This document shows positions 9,377-19,164 of a stretch of DNA of 64,000 bases, one piece after another. The stretch is taken from the IMG/VR virus record IMGVR_UViG_3300033141_006329, positions 159,371 to 223,370 of that record. The stretch is one strand, 5' to 3'. The notes beneath the pieces were generated by a model that was not told the origin of the DNA, did not search any database, and saw nothing but the letters and a program-made list of their open reading frames with translations. Position 1 is the first letter of the stretch. Each line of letters starts with the position of its first letter. The translations under genes and the position numbers were made by a program.

Positions 9377-10062
9377 TGTCAATACCAAAACATCTCAATA
9401 CAGTAGTGGTAAAAAATAAATACTACCCTGGAGGTTTAACCGAAGGTCAAGTTTGGTCACATTATCTAAAAAATAAACCTGAGATATTAAAGGAGATAAA
9501 TAGAAAACCCGTAACTCTATTTATATTTACAGATATAAATGAATGGATCGTCAAAAGAAAATTATTTAATTCTCCGTTCACATTAGATAATAGTAATTTT
9601 TCCTCAGTTCTTACGGGTCGCACTGTTTCAATATCCGCCGAACAAGGAAAGATGACAGAATTTTGGATAATAGATATAGACCCCGGTCCAAGTGCAAATG
9701 AGATGTTGTTGAAGGATTGTATAACAGATTTAATATCCTCAACTATTTTTAAGATCCCTACAGTAAAGGGTATGAGAATAATTTCTACTTCTAAAGGATA
9801 TCATTTTTATGTTTTATTAAAAAAGAAAATGAATATCGATGTATCTAGAAGGATATTATTTAAAATGCTGACCTCAGAATTCACCGGCAAATATCTAATC
9901 AATAAAAAAAGTCCTAAAGGTCCAGAAATTAATTTGGATTTATCTCCCACTTCTTTTAGAGGATCTCATGTAGTTCCTGGTGCCCTTACAAGAAATGGTT
10001 TAGTGGCAGTAGATTGTACAAGAAATTGGGAATCCTTTACCAGACAAAGGGCGATAATATAA
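9376..10062 (+). CDS. Archaeo-eukaryotic primase superfamily protein (LigD polymerase-like)
   Basis: LTEGQVWSHY..RKPVTL N-terminus, motif I IIDID, motif II STSKGYHFY, motif III LDLS; GTG start. Confidence 0.8.
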   Translation: MSIPKHLNTVVVKNKYYPGGLTEGQVWSHYLKNKPEILKEINRKPVTLFIFTDINEWIVKRKLFNSPFTLDNSNFSSVLTGRTVSISAEQGKMTEFWIIDIDPGPSANEMLLKDCITDLISSTIFKIPTVKGMRIISTSKGYHFYVLLKKKMNIDVSRRILFKMLTSEFTGKYLINKKSPKGPEINLDLSPTSFRGSHVVPGALTRNGLVAVDCTRNWESFTRQRAII

Positions 10063-11003
10063 TGAAACAATATATACCTGAGCTGGATTATCATTTCGAT
10101 CAATATTGGTCAACCAGAGGTGAGATACGTATTAATAATGTGTTTCTTCCCGAAGTCGAAACTGAAGAAAACAATATCCCGACTGGATCATTTATAGAAT
10201 TATTATTTAGTCAGGCATTTGTATATGATGATTACAAGTATCGATTTGAGGAAATTGCATATACTTTATTTACTAAACCCATACGAGAAAGATTACAAAA
10301 TAGTTCCACCCTGATAAATTGTTATATATCCACAGACTCGACATCTGAAACTAATTTATTTTCCTTAGAAACAACCGACCTTATTCTATTGGATAAACTT
10401 AAGGATTATAGACAAGATGTTGAGGGTTTAAATTTAGATGATGTAATTTATGATGACCTCACCACAGCATTATCAAAACTAATTTATATATATTTGGATA
10501 TAATGCTACACAATTCATACGAACGATTTAATACAATTGATACCTTAAGTACTGAGGATAATCTATTGTGTAACTTGTTTGAAACATATGTAGTTAACGA
10601 AGCATACAAGGCTATGAAAAACTGGTCATTCTTAATAGATGCTAATTTATTGGAATTAAGATTGGTACATGACGCAGTTGTTTTGAATGAGGAGCAGATA
10701 GAAAACGAACAAGCTCCAATGTCAACCTCTACATATGATTTGGATATTTGGGTTTGGTGGAATGGTAGAAAATTAACATATGAAGAGGAGTATGATTTGT
10801 ATAGGATATGGGATGGTCAAGATGGCCGCTTCTATACGCGAGTTGGTTGGCACGATAAGGGATTGGATATAAAATTAGGACATACTATAACTATGGAATA
10901 TTATGTTGTTGTTCAACCATTGGATGCAGAAAAAGATCCTTTTGTTGATGGTGAAGAATATTCAGAAATAATGACCTGGTTACTAGATGGAGGTCTTTTT
11001 TAG
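10062..11003 (+). CDS. Putative virion structural protein
   Basis: Acidic; first of a coupled run leading to baseplate-type genes; likely start MKQY at 10062. Confidence 0.5.
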   Translation: MKQYIPELDYHFDQYWSTRGEIRINNVFLPEVETEENNIPTGSFIELLFSQAFVYDDYKYRFEEIAYTLFTKPIRERLQNSSTLINCYISTDSTSETNLFSLETTDLILLDKLKDYRQDVEGLNLDDVIYDDLTTALSKLIYIYLDIMLHNSYERFNTIDTLSTEDNLLCNLFETYVVNEAYKAMKNWSFLIDANLLELRLVHDAVVLNEEQIENEQAPMSTSTYDLDIWVWWNGRKLTYEEEYDLYRIWDGQDGRFYTRVGWHDKGLDIKLGHTITMEYYVVVQPLDAEKDPFVDGEEYSEIMTWLLDGGLF

Positions 11004-13415
11004 ATGGCTAATGAACATGAGAGAATAGATCAATTTTTCGAACTATTGGAATGGTTAAAACAGACTGACAGTATACCAGAAGAAGATATAGAAACATGGT
11101 TACACAGAAGTCCTGAACTCGAATATAAACAAAAGCAACTGGCATATGATGATAAACAAAAAACAGTAGAATTTTTTGAAACAATTATAGATCAACCCGC
11201 ATTCTCCTCCAACGATCATAAAAGATTAAGAAAATTCCTCATAGATTGGTATGCGAGTCATAGGTCATATGTAACCCAAATGTTTAAAAGTACTGATCCA
11301 TTCAGTATGAGTTCAGAAGCCTTAAATGAAATAATCCTAAGTTTTGGTTTTCCTTACCCTCAGAAAATAATATCAACCTCAAGAAAAGCTCAGTTTATAT
11401 TAGATCTTATAAACATGTATCAAAAGAAAGGCACACCATCAGTTCTAGTAAAAGCACTACAAACGTATTTTGGTTTAAGCAATGTTATTTTATCTGAGTG
11501 GTGGATAAATAGAAGACCTAACGGTGAATTTTATGCTGTATCTGAACCAATATTTCCTGTAGGTTTGCAAGGGAATCCTTTATATAGAACAGAAATAAGT
11601 TATAGTGCATTTGCAGATGTCGATCCACTCTGGCATTTGAGTGAAGCAGAGTTGATATCAACTTATGCCAGTGCTAAAATTAAATTACCATCTATAACCT
11701 CACATATATCATTACAAGCAACAGTTAGTATATTTGGAGTAAATGCAGCTCTGGCAATATTAAATAGAAAATTACAGGAATCATATGAATATTGGTCAGG
11801 GACAGGAGACCTTAATAGAGATATATCGTTATCAAAATATGCGTGGACAATATCTCCTTTAGAATTAACCTTACTGATTGATTATGTTTTTAACAGCACA
11901 ACTGATACTGCGGATAAGAGATTTATATTTTATAATGGTAGACATACACCCTTAGACATACCCGAATTAGATGAATCACGGGACGATATCGATGATGTGG
12001 AATTTAGTCTCATCATAGATGAATATAATCAAATAGTAAGGAAACCCGGAACCAGAGCAGAACGAGATGAATTATTAGCATTAAAAAAAGAAAGTTTTTC
12101 AGGAGTTATATCAGAACAATCTGTAACTGATACCCTTAGAGATTCGGGTACCGTGTTAAATAGTATAAATCCAGAACTCAAAAGTGAATTTGATATATTG
12201 CTTGCAGCTGTAGGTAGTAATAGAAGAGATATATTAGATTCTCTATTGAGAGATTTGGAATATTATTTAATGGATACTTTAGGTGTCATGGAATATCCTA
12301 TAAGTTATCTCATAACAGGATCTCCTATACAAGATACATTAAAGGATGTTATGGATTTCTTTAAACCTTATAGAGCAAGAATAAGAGAATTTATAAGTTC
12401 TATGGCATTTGATGATCCTTTGGAAGATTCACAGAGGGTTGATGATAGTCACTTTTATAATATGTATCTTCAAATGGTTGATAAAGGATATCTATCAGAT
12501 TTAACGTTTGAACAATGTATGGTGGAAGATCGTTTATACTTAGCATTGAATATGCCTTTCCATGAATATCTACTCAGTATGGGTGGGATTAAAGATTACC
12601 TATTTACAACAATTACTCACATGGCATCATCTGTATCAGAAGTAGAAGATAGTAAACTCATAACACTAGATCAATGGTTTGTGGAACAGAATTATAACAA
12701 ATTTGATTGGGGTATAGTTGAAGATAATTTGAGACATACCTTGATAACACAGAGATTGGGGTCTATATTACATATTCCTTACGACGCCACAACTGAAAAT
12801 TATGGAGAGCAATTAGAAGATAATTTAGAGGCAATAATATATCACACAGAGAGATCTCACCTAGAAGATTTGCGTGATTCAAAAATAATTTCAATAGGTA
12901 ATTCATTTCTAGAAACTAAACAGTTTGGATTCAATTGTGGTTTCAATAAGGACAAACTCTTGATAGAACAAAATCAATTGATATACGATAGAGTTATTTA
13001 TCCTGATGGATCTATAGGAACAATTAAGTGTGGAACAGATAGTTTAGGTTTATCTATTATTAGATTCTCCAACATAACTGATAATATTACACTTTCTGAA
13101 AATAGAATATATACTATTAATCAGCAATTCGTTGAAGAAGATAATAGAGGCTGGTGGGAAGATGGATTCTATTATGATAACATGATACCCGCAGTTAACA
13201 ACATAGTTCATGATGATGCTTTTAGAAACGGACTCGATGAAGGTGGTTTGGATTATTTTATAGAGCATATGGCGCAAAGGTTATCAGATACTTATAATCC
13301 AACTGAACAACCAATAATAGGAACACATATACGTTTAATAGAGCCCTCAAATAATGACTTCTTAGATATGTCTCATGTTGAGGATTCTATTGAAATAGAG
13401 ATTATAGATTTATAA
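11004..13415 (+). CDS. Putative baseplate wedge protein
   Basis: LINMYQKKGTPSVL..FG resembles the Y..KGT motif of wedge subunits; ends DFFKPYRAR. Confidence 0.55.
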   Translation: MANEHERIDQFFELLEWLKQTDSIPEEDIETWLHRSPELEYKQKQLAYDDKQKTVEFFETIIDQPAFSSNDHKRLRKFLIDWYASHRSYVTQMFKSTDPFSMSSEALNEIILSFGFPYPQKIISTSRKAQFILDLINMYQKKGTPSVLVKALQTYFGLSNVILSEWWINRRPNGEFYAVSEPIFPVGLQGNPLYRTEISYSAFADVDPLWHLSEAELISTYASAKIKLPSITSHISLQATVSIFGVNAALAILNRKLQESYEYWSGTGDLNRDISLSKYAWTISPLELTLLIDYVFNSTTDTADKRFIFYNGRHTPLDIPELDESRDDIDDVEFSLIIDEYNQIVRKPGTRAERDELLALKKESFSGVISEQSVTDTLRDSGTVLNSINPELKSEFDILLAAVGSNRRDILDSLLRDLEYYLMDTLGVMEYPISYLITGSPIQDTLKDVMDFFKPYRARIREFISSMAFDDPLEDSQRVDDSHFYNMYLQMVDKGYLSDLTFEQCMVEDRLYLALNMPFHEYLLSMGGIKDYLFTTITHMASSVSEVEDSKLITLDQWFVEQNYNKFDWGIVEDNLRHTLITQRLGSILHIPYDATTENYGEQLEDNLEAIIYHTERSHLEDLRDSKIISIGNSFLETKQFGFNCGFNKDKLLIEQNQLIYDRVIYPDGSIGTIKCGTDSLGLSIIRFSNITDNITLSENRIYTINQQFVEEDNRGWWEDGFYYDNMIPAVNNIVHDDAFRNGLDEGGLDYFIEHMAQRLSDTYNPTEQPIIGTHIRLIEPSNNDFLDMSHVEDSIEIEIIDL

Positions 13416-13427
13416 GGAGAGGGGCTA

Positions 13428-13607
13428 ATGGGTAAAGTTAAAAGGATTCCAATAATAATTGGAGACAATCAAAGGAAAAATATCAGAGATGAGTTTATTT
13501 CTGGGGATATTAAACCAAAAATAAATGTCATTAAAAAAGATATAGAAAAAAATGATGGAACAAAGGATAGTTTATACATTGTCAAGGAAAAGAGGAGGAT
13601 TGAATAA
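13428..13607 (+). CDS. Small protein (59 aa, not in ORF track)
   Basis: AGGAGAGGGG RBS; MGKVKRIPIIIGDNQ..; stop overlaps next ATG. Confidence 0.6.
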   Translation: MGKVKRIPIIIGDNQRKNIRDEFISGDIKPKINVIKKDIEKNDGTKDSLYIVKEKRRIE

Positions 13608-14338
13608 TGGGTAGTAAATATGAGACCCCTATAGTCGTGCCTAAAGATTATATTGTAAATCCCAAAGAACGTGGAATGTTTGGAAGGACTAATCTTGTTA
13701 ATATTAAGGTTCGAAATATTGTAACAGGGGAAATAGAAAGTGATCAAAATAGTAACCTTATAGTATACAGAGGAAGAGACTGGCTATTACAAAGGGCTTA
13801 TAATGCTGGATTTGGAAGCGGCACTAGAGATGGTGAACAATGGGAAGCTATGTGGATAAATTGGTTAGCAGTAGGTACGGGTGGGTCAGTAGGTGGAAAT
13901 CCATTGACTCCTACAAGTCCTGCATTACCAGATTATGTATTAAATACGCATGGAACTGTTGATGTGGGAAGTAATTATATTACAGTTGGCGGAAAGGAAT
14001 ATCATACATTTGATTCTGGATTCCCAAAATTCTTACACGATACGGATGTAACGGAGACTGTATATGGTCCTTCTTTTACTGATTATAACGGTACAACTAA
14101 TCCTAGTGACAGCGTATTGATAGGGCTGGTTAAAGTGACGCTCTCATCTGAAGAATGTAATGGTGGGGCACTGGATACAGATTATCAGGATATTTCTGAG
14201 GCAGGTTTATTTATAAGCAGCTCGGCTAGTGTTGGATCTCCTCCTACTCAGTTGGAATTATTTGCAAGAGTGTGCTTTTCAACAGTAAGAAAGAACAACG
14301 AAAGGGAAATTATCCTAAGTTGGTTCACGTATTTCTAA
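13607..14338 (+). CDS. Putative baseplate or tail-fibre attachment protein
   Basis: NLIVYRGR..AVGTGG..ISEAGLF..LFARV pattern typical of tail-collar/fibre-proximal proteins. Confidence 0.65.
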   Translation: MGSKYETPIVVPKDYIVNPKERGMFGRTNLVNIKVRNIVTGEIESDQNSNLIVYRGRDWLLQRAYNAGFGSGTRDGEQWEAMWINWLAVGTGGSVGGNPLTPTSPALPDYVLNTHGTVDVGSNYITVGGKEYHTFDSGFPKFLHDTDVTETVYGPSFTDYNGTTNPSDSVLIGLVKVTLSSEECNGGALDTDYQDISEAGLFISSSASVGSPPTQLELFARVCFSTVRKNNEREIILSWFTYF

Positions 14339-14345
14339 TGATTTC

Positions 14346-14372
14346 AATGAGTTGGAATATATCAACTCATTT
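14346..14372 (+). terminator. Hairpin, weak terminator candidate
   Basis: AATGAGTTG / CAACTCATT stem with a poor U-tract. Confidence 0.45.
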
Positions 14373-14389
14373 CATGGTAAAAATCAAAC

Positions 14390-14434
14390 AGGACAAACTC
14401 TAAACTTAAACAATTTAAGAGAGGGGTTTGTCCT
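14390..14434 (+). promoter_or_regulatory. Late motif that can pair with and occlude the downstream RBS
   Basis: AGGACAAAC(TCT) at 14390 is complementary to (GGG)GTTTGTCCT immediately before the ATG at 14435. Confidence 0.6.
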
Positions 14435-15628
14435 ATGGTTAGTTGTAAATTATGCGGTAAAAAATTTGAAACTTTAAGAGGTGTTGCTACGCATCTAAGA
14501 TTTTGTAAAAAGAATCTGAATGAAATGAAAATTGTAGATTATTATAATCAATTTATAAAACAAGGTATTGAAGGAAAGTGTGTACTGTGTGGAAAATATA
14601 CTAGATTTAACGGATTAGATATAGGTTTTTCTACGTATTGTGGGAGTCGATGTGCAGCACTTGGTGTAAATAAAGGATTAAAGGCAAATCCCAGAATAAA
14701 TGAACCAAAAAAGAAATCGGTTATCTGCAAAATGTGTAATAAAAAATTAAACAATATAAATAGCTTGGGGAACCATCTTAAATATTGTAAATCTAATATT
14801 GATAGATTAAATTCAAACCAATATTATAATAAATATATAAAGAAAGATGATGAAGAATTATGTAAAACATGTGGAAATGTTACTAAATTCAAAGGTCTGG
14901 AGAAAGGTTATGATGCATATTGTAGTAAGATTTGTTCAAACAGAGATAGACCGATTTCAGAAAAATTAAATAATACTATTATGTATACAGATAGATTACA
15001 AAAAATTGGACTTGAACCTATATATGAAGGTGAATATTTTACCGGACGCCAAGAGATAGAATTCAAGTGTTCAAAATGTAGTCGTATATTTAAAAATTAT
15101 ACATTTAATATATTAAAAATTAGAAACAAATGTCCATTTTGTACAGATAAAAGTAGATCAATATCTGAAAGATTAATATATTCATATCTAAAACATAAAT
15201 TTCATAAATATAATGTTTATAACAATTATAAAAAATTATTATATCCATTTGAAATAGATATAATAATGCCTTCTCTTAATATATCTTTAGAATATAATGG
15301 TCTTTATTATCATTCAAGTCAAAATTCTCAAAATAGAGATTTGTGGAAATCACATGGATGCATCAAAAATAATTTCAAGCATGTGGTTATATGGGAAGAC
15401 GAGTTTAATATACATAATAAAGATTATAAATTTATAGATACCATAATAAAAAATGCTATGGAATGTGATGTTAAAAAATACATGAAAAATACAAAATATT
15501 TTACAACATTTCCTATCAGTATAGCCGATATAGACAACTTCGATAAAACTAAAAGATTTAAACTTTTACAGTTGAGTGAATGTAATAAAAACTTTAAAAG
15601 ACCTCCAAGATCATTATTCGTCCCATAA
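14435..15628 (+). CDS. Zinc-finger homing-endonuclease-like protein (PD-(D/E)XK / DUF559-like)
   Basis: Two C2HC finger plus C..CG..T.F..L..G...YC modules; FEIDI..SLEYNGLYYH nuclease core. Confidence 0.8.
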   Translation: MVSCKLCGKKFETLRGVATHLRFCKKNLNEMKIVDYYNQFIKQGIEGKCVLCGKYTRFNGLDIGFSTYCGSRCAALGVNKGLKANPRINEPKKKSVICKMCNKKLNNINSLGNHLKYCKSNIDRLNSNQYYNKYIKKDDEELCKTCGNVTKFKGLEKGYDAYCSKICSNRDRPISEKLNNTIMYTDRLQKIGLEPIYEGEYFTGRQEIEFKCSKCSRIFKNYTFNILKIRNKCPFCTDKSRSISERLIYSYLKHKFHKYNVYNNYKKLLYPFEIDIIMPSLNISLEYNGLYYHSSQNSQNRDLWKSHGCIKNNFKHVVIWEDEFNIHNKDYKFIDTIIKNAMECDVKKYMKNTKYFTTFPISIADIDNFDKTKRFKLLQLSECNKNFKRPPRSLFVP

Positions 15629-15680
15629 TTTCTAAAAATAATCAAAAAGATATTAGGGAGGGGCTTTCGCCCCTTCCTTT

Positions 15681-16421
15681 TTATCCAACCATTTCTCCGG
15701 ATCCTAACCGTATATCCCAAGAATACTTCCCACTTATATCCGATAGTTCATCGCTTATTTGATCTTTACTTTTAACCACAACTCCGCTAAAACATCCTAA
15801 CGCAGTGTCTTGAAAACAACCTCTAATATGTTCGAATTGTGTCATATAGATCTCCTCTTGTATTGACTTGTTAATAGATAAATCGTTAAATATATCAATC
15901 AATGATGGTTTCTTAAAATCTATCCATACATAATTTATGATACTTTCTGCTTCACCTTTAGTCGCACAATACTCATCCTCAAGAAGTTTCTCCTGAAGAT
16001 CTTTCCTAGTAACTAGACATAAATCTCTATCATTTGAACCACAGATATTAGATATAAGTTCTCTGGGATTTATACTTATATTAAATTTCTTCACCAACTC
16101 ATGTAAAATAATACACATAGTCTCTGCTTTATCGTATTCTATTCTACGCAATAACCCAATTGCTCTCTGCCCTGGTTTTATTATCAATGCCTCTATACCT
16201 TCCGCCGATATAAATTTAATGGAAGGAATAATATTAATATTCAAATTATTACCTAAAACTTTTAAAGGATATTTAGTATACAAATCAAAATTTTCCGGAA
16301 CATTAAAACTGACGGTTATAGGTGAATTATTATATTTTATTGAACACACCTTCAGCCAATCAGCAACAGCAGAATAATTAGGAGAAGTTAAGCATACATT
16401 AAAGTCCTCTAAACATGTCAT
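15681..16421 (-). CDS. Hypothetical protein
   Basis: 246-aa ORF with GGAGG RBS; no family recognised. Confidence 0.6.
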   Translation of the reverse strand: MTCLEDFNVCLTSPNYSAVADWLKVCSIKYNNSPITVSFNVPENFDLYTKYPLKVLGNNLNINIIPSIKFISAEGIEALIIKPGQRAIGLLRRIEYDKAETMCIILHELVKKFNISINPRELISNICGSNDRDLCLVTRKDLQEKLLEDEYCATKGEAESIINYVWIDFKKPSLIDIFNDLSINKSIQEEIYMTQFEHIRGCFQDTALGCFSGVVVKSKDQISDELSDISGKYSWDIRLGSGEMVG

Positions 16422-17214
16422 CTTTGTCCTCCTCTTCTACTAGTTCTGTCCCTAATAAATTTTCATCTACTCCTAAATTAAAATATTCAGGACAAGATGT
16501 AATAAACTCTTTTTGTATAACTTCTTTGGTTTTGAATAAACCTTCAGTCATTAACATTTCCTCTACTATTGTGATAGCATCATTTATAGATATATTCTTA
16601 ATATGAGATACTCTGGGTAGAAGACTGAATACAATGCGATCAGAACTATGCCTAGTGTGAGTTTTTATTTCAACTCCACCAAAAACTGCCATTATGAAAA
16701 TATCACCACCTACTAAATTTACTACAAATTCATCATCCAACCAAGTGTATCTTTTAGATATAAAGGGTTTACCATTGAAGGTTTTTAAATTTGGTAGAGC
16801 TTTTAAAATATAGGATTGATGAAAAGGTATATCTGCATAGAGATGAACTAAATTTTTCAAATTACATAATGGAAGATAATTGTTGATACTATTGTTAGAT
16901 ATGTTTAGATATTGTAGAGTAGTCATATCTTTTAAGGGTGCTATATCACCTATACAGTTACTATACAAATCAATATGTTCTAAAGGAAGATTTTCTAAGG
17001 GTGTTAAATCACAAGCATACCCATTCTGCATCCTAAGAGATATTAAATTTCTACATTTATGTAATCCTGTAAGATTAGTAATATTATCCTTTATTATTAA
17101 TGATTTAACTTTTAAAAAATCCTCTTTAGTCAGTTTATGCATACAACTTAAACCAAGCATATGTTGTATACAACGCTTCATTACAGGATTAAGTGTTTTA
17201 TATTTGTGTGTCAT
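16399..17214 (-). CDS. Internalin-like LRR protein with ~110-aa C-terminal domain
   Basis: Repeats LTGLHKCRNL, DLTPLENL, DIAPLKDM, YLNISNN; likely start MTHKY after GGAGG. Confidence 0.85.
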   Translation of the reverse strand: MTHKYKTLNPVMKRCIQHMLGLSCMHKLTKEDFLKVKSLIIKDNITNLTGLHKCRNLISLRMQNGYACDLTPLENLPLEHIDLYSNCIGDIAPLKDMTTLQYLNISNNSINNYLPLCNLKNLVHLYADIPFHQSYILKALPNLKTFNGKPFISKRYTWLDDEFVVNLVGGDIFIMAVFGGVEIKTHTRHSSDRIVFSLLPRVSHIKNISINDAITIVEEMLMTEGLFKTKEVIQKEFITSCPEYFNLGVDENLLGTELVEEEDKDDMFRGL

Positions 17215-17306
17215 TTTTATTTCCTCCATTTTTAAATTTTTTAAAACCACCTTTATATATCTGTTTTTTAATGAGTTCCTCCTATTCAATCCAAACCCTT
17301 TTATAA

Positions 17307-17321
17307 AGGACAAATTAAAAA
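17307..17321 (+). promoter_or_regulatory. Putative late promoter motif
   Basis: AGGACAAATTAAAAA upstream of the sheath gene. Confidence 0.65.
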
Positions 17322-17383
17322 GACTAGGATAAACGTTTAGGATGATAATCCTATTTAAAACACTCATAAAAAAGGAGATTATA

Positions 17384-19078
17384 ATGGCTCATGTAGCACC
17401 CGGTGTATACACCAAGATAATTGACCTTTCCGAATATGTTGCAGGAATTCCCTCTACTATAGGGTTCCTACCAATCATATGCGAACAAGGTCCAGACAAT
17501 CAGTTAATTCAAACTAATGCTAAGGATTTCTATGTTGATTTTGGCGAACCTAACATTAGTTATGCAGGAAAAGCAGCAGGACAAGGTCCTTATATTGCAG
17601 GATCTTATCTAAGAGAAAGTGATTCTCTTTATGTAATCAGGTGTTTACCTGAAGATGCTAATTTTTCGAACTTAAGTATTTTAGCGGAAGCAGAAGGCGG
17701 CTATGGGGCGGATTCCACATCAGATGTAACCATTGATAGTGATACTGGTATTAACACAACTGGTGAGCTAGAAACATTACTAACGAGCGGTGACGCATGT
17801 ATAGTTTTTTACGGAGTAGGAAGAGGAGATTTTTATAATAATTTCCAAGTTAGTATAAGCAAACATTCTAATCCACAACTATCTGATCCTGCAATTATGG
17901 GTCATTATGATATGGTTTATGTGCTGGATTTATATAAGAGACAATCTGAGGATGATGAGGATGGTTTACCACAGTATGAAATCATATCTTCCTTTGAGGT
18001 ATCATTTAATCCTGTCCGGCTAGATGCGAGTGGAGAAAGTATGTTCATCGGGGATATCATAGATAGATATAGTCGATATGTAAAATGCGTTGTTGATAGA
18101 GATAAATGTGGCGTAGCCGTTAATGCTGGACATGCCGATTTTTCTCAACCATTTGTATCAGGTGCTATTAATCTGGACAATGGCGATGTGGGTAGCCTTT
18201 TTACTGCGACTGGTATTGACCTTGATGTTGCGAAGCAAATATTAGGTAAGGCTTATACAGGTACTTTACCTAAGACTCAGACAGGACTTTACGTTGACGA
18301 AGTTTTGGATACAGAAGATGTCTATTTTACTATCGTTTTGGATGGTGGATATGCAACGGATGTAAAGAGTCAGATATATACGCTAGTCCAAACTAGGAAG
18401 GATTGTGTTGCCCTGATTGATAACGGCGACAATACAACTCCTGCTAATGCTATAGTAGCTCGTGATGATAACCATACTTATAATACTAAGTATATGGCAT
18501 TATATGAGAGCTACAGTAAAATATACGATACTTATACCGGACGTGATATATGGGTCAGCCCAATATATCATATGGCTAATATCGTTCCTTATACTGATAA
18601 TGTAGCTGAGGTTTGGTGGGCACCTGCAGGATTTAATAGAGCCACTATCGGAACTATTAAGGAACTGCGTTATAGCCCCCGTCTAGGAGAGAGAGATAAT
18701 TTTTACTTAAAACAAATAAATCCAATCGTGAAATTTAATGTTGGGTATACAGTGTTTTCACAATTAACCACACAGAAGAGACCAAGTGCATTACAAGATT
18801 TAAATATCATACGTTTAGTGCTATATTGCAAAAGGGCCATAGAACAATTTGCCAAATTTTTTATTTTTGAGCAAAATGATGCCCTCACATGGTCATCAAT
18901 TTCTATACAAGTAAATAAATTCTTAAAAGTTATACAAGATAAGAGAGGTTTGTATAGTTACAGTGTTGATGTTGGGGCCTCAGAATATGAGTTAAAAAGC
19001 AAGCAAATACATCTGAACGTTACCCTTGAACCTACCCGCGTGGTGGAACAAATTTATCTAAATTTCTTCATTAAGTAA
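17384..19078 (+). CDS. Tail sheath protein
   Basis: APGVYTKIID N-terminus, WWAPAGFNRA, QINPIV, ALQDLNIIRL, V.LEPTR..EQI C-terminus. Confidence 0.95.
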   Translation: MAHVAPGVYTKIIDLSEYVAGIPSTIGFLPIICEQGPDNQLIQTNAKDFYVDFGEPNISYAGKAAGQGPYIAGSYLRESDSLYVIRCLPEDANFSNLSILAEAEGGYGADSTSDVTIDSDTGINTTGELETLLTSGDACIVFYGVGRGDFYNNFQVSISKHSNPQLSDPAIMGHYDMVYVLDLYKRQSEDDEDGLPQYEIISSFEVSFNPVRLDASGESMFIGDIIDRYSRYVKCVVDRDKCGVAVNAGHADFSQPFVSGAINLDNGDVGSLFTATGIDLDVAKQILGKAYTGTLPKTQTGLYVDEVLDTEDVYFTIVLDGGYATDVKSQIYTLVQTRKDCVALIDNGDNTTPANAIVARDDNHTYNTKYMALYESYSKIYDTYTGRDIWVSPIYHMANIVPYTDNVAEVWWAPAGFNRATIGTIKELRYSPRLGERDNFYLKQINPIVKFNVGYTVFSQLTTQKRPSALQDLNIIRLVLYCKRAIEQFAKFFIFEQNDALTWSSISIQVNKFLKVIQDKRGLYSYSVDVGASEYELKSKQIHLNVTLEPTRVVEQIYLNFFIK

Positions 19079-19095
19079 AATAATCAAAATTTAAT

Positions 19096-19128
19096 AAAAA
19101 GGGAGAGCAATATTACTCTCCCTTTTTT
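19096..19128. terminator. Bidirectional terminator
   Basis: AAAAAGGGAGAG-caatatta-CTCTCCCTTTTTT between convergent genes. Confidence 0.9.
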
Positions 19129-19164
19129 CTTCGTTATAAAATTACATTCTCTTTCAAAAACCTA

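Noticed and set aside
12949-12963. AGGACAAACTCTTGA as a late promoter
   Set aside because: Lies inside a CDS and lacks the terminal AAA; likely a chance match.
16399-17367. ORF-track start at 17367 overlapping the sheath promoter
   Set aside because: A strong GGAGG RBS supports 17214; the extension is low-complexity intergenic sequence.
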